Assembly: GCA_051362555.1 (NCBI GenBank)
Contig: CM120641.1
Span: 40,802,401-40,866,400, forward strand
Length of the DNA: 64,000 bases
Source: Lingula anatina
Lineage: Eukaryota > Animalia > Brachiopoda
Reading direction: 5' to 3'
Shown piece by piece: positions 51,740 to 64,000 of the stretch. A program made the translations under genes and the position numbers. Under the pieces are notes generated by a model. It did no database searches, was not told the origin of the DNA, and worked only from the letters and a program-made list of their open reading frames with translations. The first letter of the stretch is position 1; each line of letters begins with the position of its first letter.

Positions 51740-54700
51740 GTTCAGGTTAATACAGATTAATTAATTTTTTTTAACTTTTAATTATTTGTCATTATATTTT
51801 ATTTACTTTATTAAAAGTTATTTCAAGTGATTCTAAAAATTATTTTTAGAATTGCCATATGGCATTTAAGACCCGTGTTAAAGAACTTAAGCTTGTTTGA
51901 AATGCATTCAAAAGCCACATCTCTCCAGGGAAATCCCTCAAAACGTGCACCGGAAATTAGAAAATCAAAAAGAAATAGGGCAAAATTTGCAGTTGTAGAG
52001 CTTAACAAAACAGCTACATGCAATATGTATTGCTGTTTAGTTGCTTTCTTTTCAAGCGGACAGATTTAGGCAAAACACCATTCTAATGAATCTGTTTCCA
52101 AGAAAAAAGTTAGTTTTTGTGTTTTACTGTAGGAATGGCGAGCTTCCAACGAACAAAGCAGCAGTTTAACTTCACTTGTGGCAGCAACCTAACACAGCGG
52201 GATGCAAAAATCCAATTACAGACAGATTCTAGGAAATGTCAGACTCAGCTTAGTTCTGCAGTGATATTGATGGATGCAAGGGGATTTAATAATGACAAAA
52301 AAAGACTGTATCATCTGCAGAGACATGAAGCGAAAGGGTGAAATTCCTGTTACTTACAGCACTTGTTACACTGTCGTTACAATATTGGTGCTTTTAATTT
52401 ACACTTTGTAGTCACATTTTATTTGAAAGTATGAAATAAATGAATTTCCACTTAGATAAGCATGTCGACTAACATGATAATTAGAACTGCACAAACATGA
52501 ACATTAGCCTATTGATGGCTGAATGGATAAATCACGTCTGGTACACAGGTCATTTAACTGCTTGTTTAAAACACAGATCAAAAAGCTGTGTCCAAATGTG
52601 AAACCCCATCTCAGCTGTTATCTGAAATATGAATAGCATCCTTGATGGCTAATTGGGGGTAAATATTGACCTTCAAAATACCAATCAATGCACAGAAAAT
52701 TAAGTTGATATGGTGATATTCTGTACTGGCAAAACAAATTGTGTGATTTAGAAGATATTCAACTTAACATCACTATGCTGTTTATGCAGATCAATTACAC
52801 TATGCACAATTGCAAACAAATGTACAGAACAGTTGTAATTGTGCTTCTATGTGTGGATATACAGAAAGTGTTTTAACTAATTATAAATGACTTGACTTTT
52901 ATGTACCAGTGCTGTTCCTAAAATATGTATCTTTAAGGGATAACAACCGTTTGTGAGATATCCATATTTCACAATAAATACATTGTAATTGACTCAGAAA
53001 TATAATAAATTCTATTTTACCACCAAAACACAATTATTCTGAAATTTGTGCTTGCCATCACATCGCGTGACTTCCATAGATGGCTTCACTCTGTAATAAT
53101 CTCTAAAGAGAATATTACAAAAAAACCAAACTTTTTAGAAAAAAAAAAAAAACATGGACTAACTTTGAATGTGGGAATGGATTCATTTACCATTGGGAAG
53201 TATGGGAAAATTGTCCCTTACCCCAGGAAAATCCATTTTTTTGGTCAAAATGAACAGTTGTTATCCCTTTAATATTGAATTATAAGATGCATGGAAGAGT
53301 CACTGCAACTGGTTGTAATCCTAGTAGGGTAGCTGCTTTTGAAAACCTTAGTAAATGGAAAAAGATTAATTCATCATTAAGGTAAGATAATAGCTTTTAG
53401 ATGTGTAACGTTTTCTGCATTACTTTACTTTTTGAATTGTATTTTATATAGAAATGCTGTGGGCTTTTCTCGTACAAACACTATGTTTTATCAAGTAGCC
53501 TTTCTAAACTTTAATTTTGCACATACAGTCCTCATACTTTGACAGGCCAACAAAGCAATTTTTTATTAATCCTGAGTAAGAATACAGCTATGTTATTGAT
53601 CAAAGCTGATAAGCACTAAAACATTTCTAAAAGGCTGATTTGATAGTCCAATCCCCAAACCTAGTCTACAGCTAGGTTAAGCCATTATGGGCACTTGCCC
53701 CATCTGACATTTCCAGGATGAATCATGTTATCAGCCTGTCCCAAGGGGTCTGGCACATATCCCCTCAAGCCACCCCTTCCAGGGAGTAATTGTGCCTAAT
53801 CTTTTTTCAACCTTTGGCCTTTGGACCTGGTAACAGTAAATAAATAGCACAGTAATATCTCATCCAAGATCACACTCGTTTGACATTTCTAGTCACTGAA
53901 CTATGCAAAAAGGTACAATTTCACCCCACCCATTTTTTCAGCAGTTACATTATCATTTAATGTACATTATACTTGTATTGACACACACTTTGCACTTTAT
54001 CTCCTCTACCTCTCCTTTCATGCTATTAGCGCTTTTGTGTTCCATGCATTAAATAGATATTGCCTATTGCATCAGTCTTAATTAACAAACAAACAAACAA
54101 AAAATTAAACAGCTTTATTTCATATCCATAATCTTATATACATATATTGCTTACCAACTGTCTACCATATAGATGGCATTCAAAAAACCGATGCATCCTA
54201 TAGAAATGAGATTACATCAGAGGGAGCAATAACATCACAATTTTTTATGCCTTAGATCTGTATTTTTTATGCCTTAGAACCATACATTTATGGGAACTTC
54301 AGTCTTTCTTTATTTTCAAACTGCCTTGTCTTTTCTTCGTTTTTACAAATATTTTACTAGTATATAACACTATGTCATAATACATCTGTGCACTTTTGAG
54401 CACAAAATGTGTAAAAGTTAGTAAGTGTTGTGCCAGAAATTAATTTACATTTACTATTTGATAGTCGTTTTCTATTATGTGTAGAATTATCTAAATCTCG
54501 CATTAAAAAATTTAAGTGAAACAAAACAAAATATTTTGCACAGCACCTTTTCTAGTTGTTTTGTTACATAAAAAATGTTAGGCCCAACAAATGCAGCTGC
54601 AGCGAATTTAAATCAGTGATCTCCGATTAAAAATATTTATATAACCTCTTGGTTGTAGGGATAACTGCTGCATGGTTACAAAAAAAAAAAAAAAAAAAAA

Positions 54701-56507
54701 AAAAAATCAGTGTTAATGTATAATCTCTACGAACGTGTGCATGTTATTTTAAAGCAAATATGTCATATGGTAAACTAAATAGCAGCAGACTTGAAAATTG
54801 AAACTTAAATGTTTTGCTACAAATATATATACTGTAAATAATTTATACATAAACATCTGACAAAGGTGTTTGGTTGAAGTGAAATGGCTTTTGAGGTTGT
54901 TATAGGTGATAATTATTGTTATGGTTTTGATTAAATTATACATGCTTAAATGGTGTCATTTTGTATACAATGTATACACTATTAGATTTCAGAGAGTGCT
55001 ACTATACTGCACATCTATTTATTCTATTGTTATTGTTGAAAGGTCACTGCTTATATTAAATCTTTAAATACTCTTTTGTTGTGATATGCTTAAAATATAC
55101 ACACATCTATCACTATAAATTCCAAGTGAATATATTGTCTATATTTACAAGACAAAAGACGAGAAAGTCCAAGTCTTTACGACTTAAACATTTATATATT
55201 GTACTGCTAATCATAATTGGCCTTCATTAAAATGGAATAGTTATATCATGACAGTTATATGTAATCTTTGTTATATTGGTTACTCATTCTCTCTGTATCA
55301 CCACCAGTTATTATTCTCTATTACACAGATAGATGGCACCAGTGTGAAAGTGTCACTGCCTAAAACAGGTAATCATCCCTACAACATTTATATGCTATAC
55401 ATGTCAGCTGCCATACTTAAAGATGTTATTGTGGGTGTAAGATTATGAAAACATTGTTATCCAGTTCTACACATTTGTATTGTTCTTTGGATATGCTGTG
55501 TAAAAAGCAACTTACATCATATTTGCTTCAGTTAAAAATGTAACCATTTTTTTTTTTTGAAAAAAAAAAAGCTTAGCGAATAAAATGTAACCATATATTC
55601 ACTTATTAATATTTCTTTAAAGTGTTTTTTTTTCTTTTCTTTCTGACATTTGAATCTTAACTGATGTTTTAGTTTGAAAATAAATTAATCTGTGCACCCG
55701 ATTCTGCTTAGTAGTATTAATACTGCCAATATTGAAAGGCAACAAAGAATCTACCTGAAATGGTCAGATTATAATGCACAATACAGCACAATTAAGTGCA
55801 ACACAGTGCAATACACTAGAAAAAGCAAATCCAGTTGCAAGTAAACACAGGAAGCAGTCATTCCCAACAAGTTCCACTATAATGCGCATAATATAATTAA
55901 ATAGTCTGACCAAAACGTTGATAATTCATAAACCACCCTAATTCAAATTAACAATTATATTCTTAATCAACAAATTTATGTTTAATCAGCAAAATTTTAT
56001 TTCAAATCTTAAATAGAATAAATGAATCTAGTAATAATCGTAATAGCTGGGGAGTTAAAAAAAAAAAAAAAAAAAAAAACGAGGCAATTATAATGTATTA
56101 AGTACACTGTACATGTACCCTACACGTAGCACTGGCTGTCGTGCATTACAGCCGGTTCAACACTGCAAAATATCATATCATAGACGGGTACAGCTAATGT
56201 TTTCTAAGCCATCATACAGGGAACACATAACTTTTAATTGAGATTTTTTGAACTTCAAATAAATTTTGGATTTCCTTCTTAATTTTCGTGTATCATCAGA
56301 CTCGGAAGCCAGTATTTTAACGTTAGATCTACGTTATTTATTTTTTAAGCCTTCAACAAAGGTATGACTCCTTGCAACGTTGCTTGCAATTTGTATGCAA
56401 GTTGCTAAACCTTCAGTTAACTCAATCTTATTTGTTACAACACTGGTAAAATCAAAACATTCACCCTACTACTACTACTACTATACCCACCTCTCACCCC
56501 CGCCCCC

Positions 56508-56629
56508 TAGCACGAAAATCCATGCGTTAGCACTCCTATTGACGATTTTGATATGGACCGTCTGTGCACAGACAGTACAGACATATCAGAACCGTCAATA
56601 GGAGTGCTAACGCATGGATTTTCGCGCTA
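56508..56629. mobile_element. 122-bp palindromic MITE with 10-bp TSD
   Basis: 48-bp inverted arms (56508-56555, 56582-56629; 45/48 match), flanked by an exact CCCCGCCCCC direct repeat (56498-56507, 56630-56639). Confidence 0.88.
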
Positions 56630-57029
56630 CCCCGCCCCCATGCTATTTACTTACTCCTTGACTGGTTTCTAAATACCAAGGCGAAAATTAGTTTTATGTA
56701 GACGCATATAATTCACGAGAATAACCAGTAACACATTTATCTTACCAATGATAATCTGTTCAAGTAGTTAAATATGAGAAATATTGATAATATGTCAAGA
56801 AAAAAATATACATATCATGTGTCTACATTTCATATTGTATGAAATGCAGGGAACCAGCTCAGATATTTCAGTTTATGAAACTCCATACACTAAAGAGCCC
56901 ATTATGAACACAAACGAGCCGAAGCATCACGTGAAAATGGGTGATATATGGACTACAGTTCAATGTATGCATATATATATTTGAAATTGCTGTGCCACGG
57001 AGGTTTAAGACCTCAGGACCTCTGCCGTC

Positions 57030-60000
57030 ATGGAGCTGAACGAGAGGCCGAGCTGTTATTCTGTCTACGTACTTGTTGTCCTTGTGTTGGTTTTTCTTTT
57101 TAACCAACTTGACAGGTACTGTGCAGTATTATTATATAACGTGTCATCTGCCATTAGTATAAGTGTAATTTAAATGAAAATGGTTTGTTATTGTAAATAG
57201 GTGCATTTAAGTAACAATCCCAGGGCTTGAGTTTGAATGTCCACTCCTATTTATATTTATTTGCAGTATACTAGTACTTGTAGGCCTGCACGGATTTATC
57301 CCCCCTCCCCCTCCCCCAGCCGGTCCCTTTAAACCTTATGTCATATACAGTAAATATACGTGCTTTTAAAATGCGGCATTTAAACATTTAATTTTTAATA
57401 CATTTAATCTTAGTAATTAACAAATCAATTTAACAAGAAGAGAAAACATTTTATCATACCTGAGAGTTATACAGGTAATATTATCTTTTCCACATCTGTA
57501 CCGGTAGAAATTAAAATTTAAAGCCAAAACAAAACAAATGTAAACTACTGCATAGTCAAATTTGCACTGGATTTATTAATCACAAATGTCTTTTGGCAAT
57601 TATCCAAAACAAGGACAAGTTGAAGTGCATACGATGTATGTTTATTTAACCTGATTATGGTACATACTGCCAGTCGATGTACAGTATGTATTCATAGACC
57701 TGTACTCTGTACCTGTGATGTCATGTATTAAGCAATAGATGAGTAAGTACTAGTACATCAAATCCTTGTCAATATCAAAGTTGTTTAGTAATATAAACAG
57801 TGCAAGGTCTGAATCTGTGAAAAGGGTTTTTGAGCAAATTACTGACACCCCCCCCCCCCCCCCCCCCCCAAGTGATATAAATGATTTGAAATTTGCTGTC
57901 TCATGTAAATCTTAATTCTAGAGAATCTATCAGTAGAATAGAAATTATTATTACTCAAGCCATTAGACAAATGATTAGGCAAATAGGCATGCAATCTAAC
58001 CTTCATTTGTAACAGTTTGTATCATCCTATCTAAGACACAATTTCATACTCACAGTAAGGCAGTGTTTGAAAAGGCCTAAGAATATTTAATCTAATGAAC
58101 TTACTTTGACCAACATTTATTGTAATTTAGGTATATTTTGGTCACTACAAATGCCAGTATGGCCCAAGAGCTGAAATATGGGGATAGGGTCTGTATTCCC
58201 TCCAATGCCACTGCTATACAGGCCATCCTGGATACACAAGGAGAGAACATAACTCCAGATGCATACTGTGCTAATACACCAGCTCTGTAAGTACTGTAGT
58301 TACAAGAACAAAATAATATATCTTGAGCTTAGACTAGTTTTAAAACACAACCATTTTTGAGTATAAATTAATTCTGCCAGTCTTGGACTTGTAATGCTCA
58401 TACACGATATGCATGTGTCTGATGGTTCTAAGTGTCAAGAGATGAACATAACAAATTAAACAGTAATTTAAATATAAGTCTGAGGCTTTGTGTTGAGGCT
58501 GTTTGGTAAAAGAGAGGCACCACTATGTTAAAGTTTATGAAATAATCAATGGGTGTTCATGCTTGTCAGTTTGGCATCTGATGACATGTCATGTTCAAAA
58601 TTTCAGAGAAACAATTTGAAGTCAAGTTAGTAACAAATAACTGAACACATTTTCTTGATTTTCATTATATTTGGTAAAGATAAAGGAGCAAGCTTTTTAA
58701 GTCCAGTTAGTAACAGATTAACGAACAAGATTTTTTAAATAAAGATAATTAATTACATATCATTTAATTGTTTGCACCAGCTGCGATCCTCAAGAAGGCC
58801 ATGCTATTCTGTGTGGGTGGAAATATTTGGGCACGGGAATAGAGTACCAAATGTTGGCTGGTCCTGTCTTCATCCTCTTCTTTACATTTGCAGGGGTACC
58901 TCTAGGTAAGTGTTCCTTAGCTCCATTAATTTTGTAAGATAAAAAACCCCTGTAAACATACACATAAAATAAGTGAAGTTTGAAAATGGGCAGATTAATC
59001 CTTATGTATTTGCGATAAATATTGGCCTTGATTTCTTTCTTTTTTTTTATTTATAAGTTTTGCCAAAGCTTAGAAATGGGAAATTTTTTCCCTTCTAACT
59101 TCCTGGTATCATATGCAGGGCTTAAAGATGGATATAAAGCTGATACTTATTGTCAATAAACTTAACCAAATGCCACAGTAAACAGGATAACTTTAAAGCA
59201 GGTCTTTTATAATATTAATATGACAAAAATTTTTTCCTCAAACATCTTTTTGGTTTTATAAACTTATGTAAAACTTCCTTTAAGTCTTAAAAGATGGCAT
59301 TTCATTGTAACTAAGATGTTAAAAAAGTTCATTCTTCAAAATATTTATCATTGTTTGATATTTACTCTTTTGAAATTTTATCAATCAGTTTTATTTCCTT
59401 ATTTTACAACCTACTGGTCACCATTTTAATTTTTATTGTCATTGATTTTAGGCATTACAGCAGAAATAACAAGAATGAACAGGACACTGTTTTTGTCTGT
59501 GATCTTGATGTTGTGGAGCTTGATGACAGTGTTAACTGGTTTAGCACAGGCCTACTGGCATATTGCAATTTGTAGGATTTTACTTGGATTATTGTGAGTT
59601 TTGTCAGTTTTACTTCATATAATTTGTTGCATTTTTCTTTATAAGTGGGTTTGTTGTCTCTGATTTACATAGTTCTGTTCAGTTCTATTTGTCACTTTAT
59701 TTTTTAAAGTTCAGAAAAAGGATTATAGTAACCCAAATTTCCCTGCCCTGAATAATGATAATAATAATAATAATAAGAAGAAGAAGAAAGTAATAATGAA
59801 ATGAACAAATAATTAGATGGTTAAATAAATAAATAATGCTGATAACAAATTAATGATGCCTCCCCCGAAAATTAAATTCACAACTGATAATGGCATTTGC
59901 ATTAAGTTTGACATTATTGAAGTTCTGTTTGCTGAAAAATTTTGTTTTCTGTCCTAGTGAAGCAGGATGCACACCCTTTGCTGTGAGCATCTTATCTGAG

Positions 60001-63000
60001 TATTTTACAAAAGTAAGTATAATTCATCATGTTGTTATTAATTATCATTATTTATTTCTTAATTTTTAAAGATGTTCTTCTTAATTCAAAAAGAAGGTAT
60101 CATATGATGTTCCTTTTTTGCCCCTCACGTACAATATATGCCAGCTATTTTTTACTACTGAAATTCATGATATTAAAATTGATATGAATATCTGAAGTTT
60201 AGTAATTTGATTGATATGAAATATTCTGTTTTGACAGGACTACAGAGGAGTTGCTTTGGGTATATATAATTTAGGAATCTATGCTGGTTATGGATTCTCT
60301 TTCCTGGCAAACATAATAGATAGAACCTCTGGCTGGCGGACTGTGTATTATATAGCTGGAAGCCCTGGTATAGCCATTGCCCTATTGCTTTATTTGACAG
60401 TCAAAGAGCCACAAAGAAACAAATTGTTTGACTATGTCGATGTAAGTTTTCAAGATGGGCATTTATTGATTATCAACTGACATATATATTTGATTGCTTA
60501 TGTGACTTTCATTCAGTTGCTTCACCTTTGGTAACAATTTCTGTTGATTAATTTATTTTCATACAATGCTTATCTCTATTCCACTTACCTTTATTCTAAG
60601 TTACTTTATTTATTTAATGAACCATTTATTATCTATTTCTTAATACACTATTCTCTGTTCCTTTTTCATCTCCAACATTTATGTATAGTGGTTATTTTAT
60701 TTATTTGTGATGATTTTCAGCAAGTGATATGAACTGGTACCTGATAGAAATGTTAACATCAGTTATGTCTAATATATATTTTTAGGTAGATAAAACAGGT
60801 CTTGAAAAAAATTCAATTGGTAACCATGAGGTAAATGTGCAAAATAATGCCCGTTTTGCATGTTGAACGTTTTGAATTTGTTAAGGTTGATTTGCTTTAA
60901 GCTAGGCTGTATGTATGTACTGTATGTATGTATGTAGCTTTATTGTTGTTGCCGCAAAAGTACTGATATAAATTTTGTATTGATCTTGTTAAAACCTTTG
61001 TAGCCAATTCTTTTATTCCAGTAATTTAAAGTGTTGTTGATTTTGGTAAAGCTGTGATGTGTGTGCATGCATGTTTGCATCTGCATGTACATGTGTGAAG
61101 GGAAAATAACTAAATTAAAAGTGTGTTTTAAAATTCAGGGAACAGGAGAAAGAAAAACTGCAACCTGGAAGTTTTTGACTGCTATGAAGTTTTTTGTCAA
61201 CCCAGTGCTGATGTGCCTGTGTATTGGTGGTGCCATCAGGCAGGGAGGCGGCTATACATGGGCTTACAACATTAAGAATTACTTTGACCATTACTTCCCC
61301 AGTGTAAAGGTAATATGAATATTCCTTAGTCTGTTGGGGTGTTTGTTGGGTGCTTAGGGGCTTGACACCTGGGGAGTGGCAAGTATCCCTTTGTCATTGG
61401 GTGGTTTGCAGTATCACTTTCTCACCTCTGGCTACAGTCCTGCTACATGTATAATAATGCAAGCACTTATCACCGTCATGGAGATGCTGGCATTGTAAAT
61501 TATGTGAGCCCTCCAGCATGCCAGTTGCAAAAGGTCATGTACTGGGGTGTTCATTATCAGACCAAATAAGAGGAGATGTAAGACTATTCAGCAACCAGAT
61601 TGTTAATTTGAATTAAATTTGATGGCTTACAATATTCATGGGTGTGAGTGTGGGGTGGGGCAGGGTGGGGAGATGATGTGTAGTGGCCTGGGGGACCAAT
61701 TACTTTTTCAGCTTTAAGTTTGTCATATTCCACACTTTGGAGCTGGCACACATCAGATTAGAGGCTTAGGATAATATTGAAATCGTCCCAAATATGGAAA
61801 ACAATATATCAAACAGCAGCTCATCTCACAGTATTGTATATCATGTTATCTTTTGTCTTATCACTGTCATGGCTGTAGTGATAGATCTCTAGCCTGACTA
61901 TCATGTGAGGGTCTGTCCAGCTTACAGATCATTATCTAAAAATGTGATACGCTGGACACTTGGACCCACCATACAGGAAGAATAATAGTGAAAGAAATAA
62001 ATCTATTACATATTTCATTGTTACAGCATATATTATAATACTTCATATTTCATATGAATTTCTATAACTTGATCTCCCAATCTTCAGTATAATGTGACAT
62101 AGAGATTTAATTGATTTTTTTTTATAAAAGTGGTTGAGAAATATTAATAAAAACAAATTGACTTTTATTATTGGTAATATTATTAATATTTGTAGACTGA
62201 AGACTTTATGACTTGGATACCTACTGTGTTTGGGGCAGGGGGAGCTGTCGTTGGAGGTATGATATCAGACAGACTGGCAAGCAAATCGGGGATCACATCA
62301 AGATTGAAAGTTTTAGTTCTTAGCCAGGTAAGTTTGTAAACAGTGAGCCTTTTTGTTGCTCTTTTGAAGCTTTTTTTCATTGTAATTTTTTTCACAGTAA
62401 TCTTATAAAATCGTGATTGCAACTTTAAGTGGTGAGTCCAGTCAATAATTTTATCACCAGGTGAATTGAAGAAAATCAAAAGGCAAAGAGAAGAAATGGT
62501 AGACAATAAATGATCAAAGATATTTGTTAGCTTAAACCTACTCTGTCTGGTCTGTCAGTGTTGCATATCTTCTGAAAGGTATGCATTTAATTGCCTTAGG
62601 GAAAAACAATTATTCTCATGTGCTGTATGGTTTAAAGAAAAGCATAATTGCATGTAATTTTTGTCTACATGTTTATCATGTCTTAGTTTTTGCGAAAAGT
62701 TCAGGTACAAAACAGCAGGAGCTTCTGATATCGAAAATAATAGTGCAAACACTTTTCAGTTTAAAAATACTTGCATAAACAATACCAATTCATTCAAAAG
62801 ATGTAAATATAACATGCTGTAGTCATATTAGTTTTAAAAAAATTGAACTGACATCAGTTATACCTTATATTCATTTACTCACTTTTTATTCAAAATCATT
62901 TCAGGTTGTTGCAGCCCCATTTGCTGTACTCACCCTGTACGTTGACCCTCCATTTGCCTTCATAATGCAGATTCCTGCCTTCTTCATTGGAGACATGTGG

Positions 63001-63381
63001 ATTGGCGTTTGCCTGGCTGTGGTGATAGATCTCACCCCGCCACAATTACGAACATCAGCCGTCGCCATTTACATGTTCATTATAACTGCTATTGGTGGCA
63101 ATCTGTTACTATTATTGCCTTCTCTATCGACAGCAATGAATGATATGAGAGGTGCCTTAGTTGTTCTATACCCAACTTTATTTGGGGCAAGTGCAGTGGC
63201 ATTTTTAGTGACAATCTTTGTCTTTTGGAACATTCAGAGGAAAAAAATGAAAGTGGTGCAGGAACGGACTCCACTAATATTAAACATCGAAGAAGATACA
63301 ACAGTGTCAAATGAGTCTCTTCATAATTTAGTTGATACCAGTGAGGAGAAGTATCTCAGTTTGGAAGCTTATGGATATTAA
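57030..63381 (+). CDS. Spinster-like MFS transporter, ~530 aa
   Basis: Exons 57030-57115, 58131-58286, 58781-58905, 59452-59593, 59958-60012, 60238-60441, 60786-60830, 61139-61309, 62196-62327, 62905-63381 sum to 1593 nt in frame. Motifs FNQLDRY, CRILLGLFEAGCTPFAVSILSEYF, RGVALGIYNLGIYAG, GWRTVYYIAGSPG, VKEPQR, GGMISDRL and PPQLRTSAVA fit the spinster/MFS_1 group. Confidence 0.88.
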
Positions 63382-64000
63382 ATATTATTTTTACTGGTGT
63401 TTGTAAAATAAGGGATCATGTATTACATATAGCGTTAAAAGCTGCAGACTTGCCACTAATTTACACATTGTATAAATACTCGAGCATGTACATTTTTAAA
63501 ACTCCATTACATGTAGTGTCAGTTTGGTGGTATTCAAAACCATTCCAGCTCATTAATAAAATAGTAATGTTACTATGTGATATATTTCTAGTCATAGATA
63601 TTCTGCATAACCTTTTATGCTAAAAAGTTAATTAAAATTAAATATAATGGTTTCAATTGTTGTATCAATAAATTATGCACATATAGGCTTCTGTGATACT
63701 GCCTATGGTTATTTATGGTCTTTATTTTTAAATAAGTGAGATTCTTTGCACTTTGGTGTCAGTGGTTTAACATTTTTATTTCATCGTAAGAACGCACTCA
63801 AACTTGGTTACATATTTTTTCTAAGTATGCAAAGTATTGGACATTTGCTTAAGAGTTCAGTTCATTTTACTAAATACTAAAAAGTCATTTCAACAAATAA
63901 ATTCTGATAGGAGGGTGCTTTTTATCTTGCATTGAGTTACTGGTTTAAATAAAGCAAGTTTTTTATGATAGCTTCTTTTCCTCAATCAGGAAAGTGATTA

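Overview
AT-rich, intron-containing animal (invertebrate-like) genomic DNA with no prokaryotic features. By following GT-AG splice sites and reading-frame phases I assembled seven protein-coding genes: Salvador/SAV1 (-, runs off the left edge), radial spoke head RSPH4/6 (+), a Golgi alpha-mannosidase II with an uninterrupted CDS (-), BTBD7 (+), presenilin (-), an SLC16/MCT-like transporter (+) and a spinster-like MFS transporter (+). Two head-to-head pairs appear to share short promoters. There are several MITE/foldback insertions and microsatellites. I found no convincing wholly new biological system. The best second-look items are the intronless, retrocopy-like mannosidase II, a PSEN2-type sorting motif in the presenilin, a foldback MITE family sitting just past two stop codons, a 122-bp hairpin element with a perfect 10-bp target-site duplication, a candidate cassette exon in RSPH4/6, and possible deep synteny with human 14q. 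All exon models are manual and lack transcript support.
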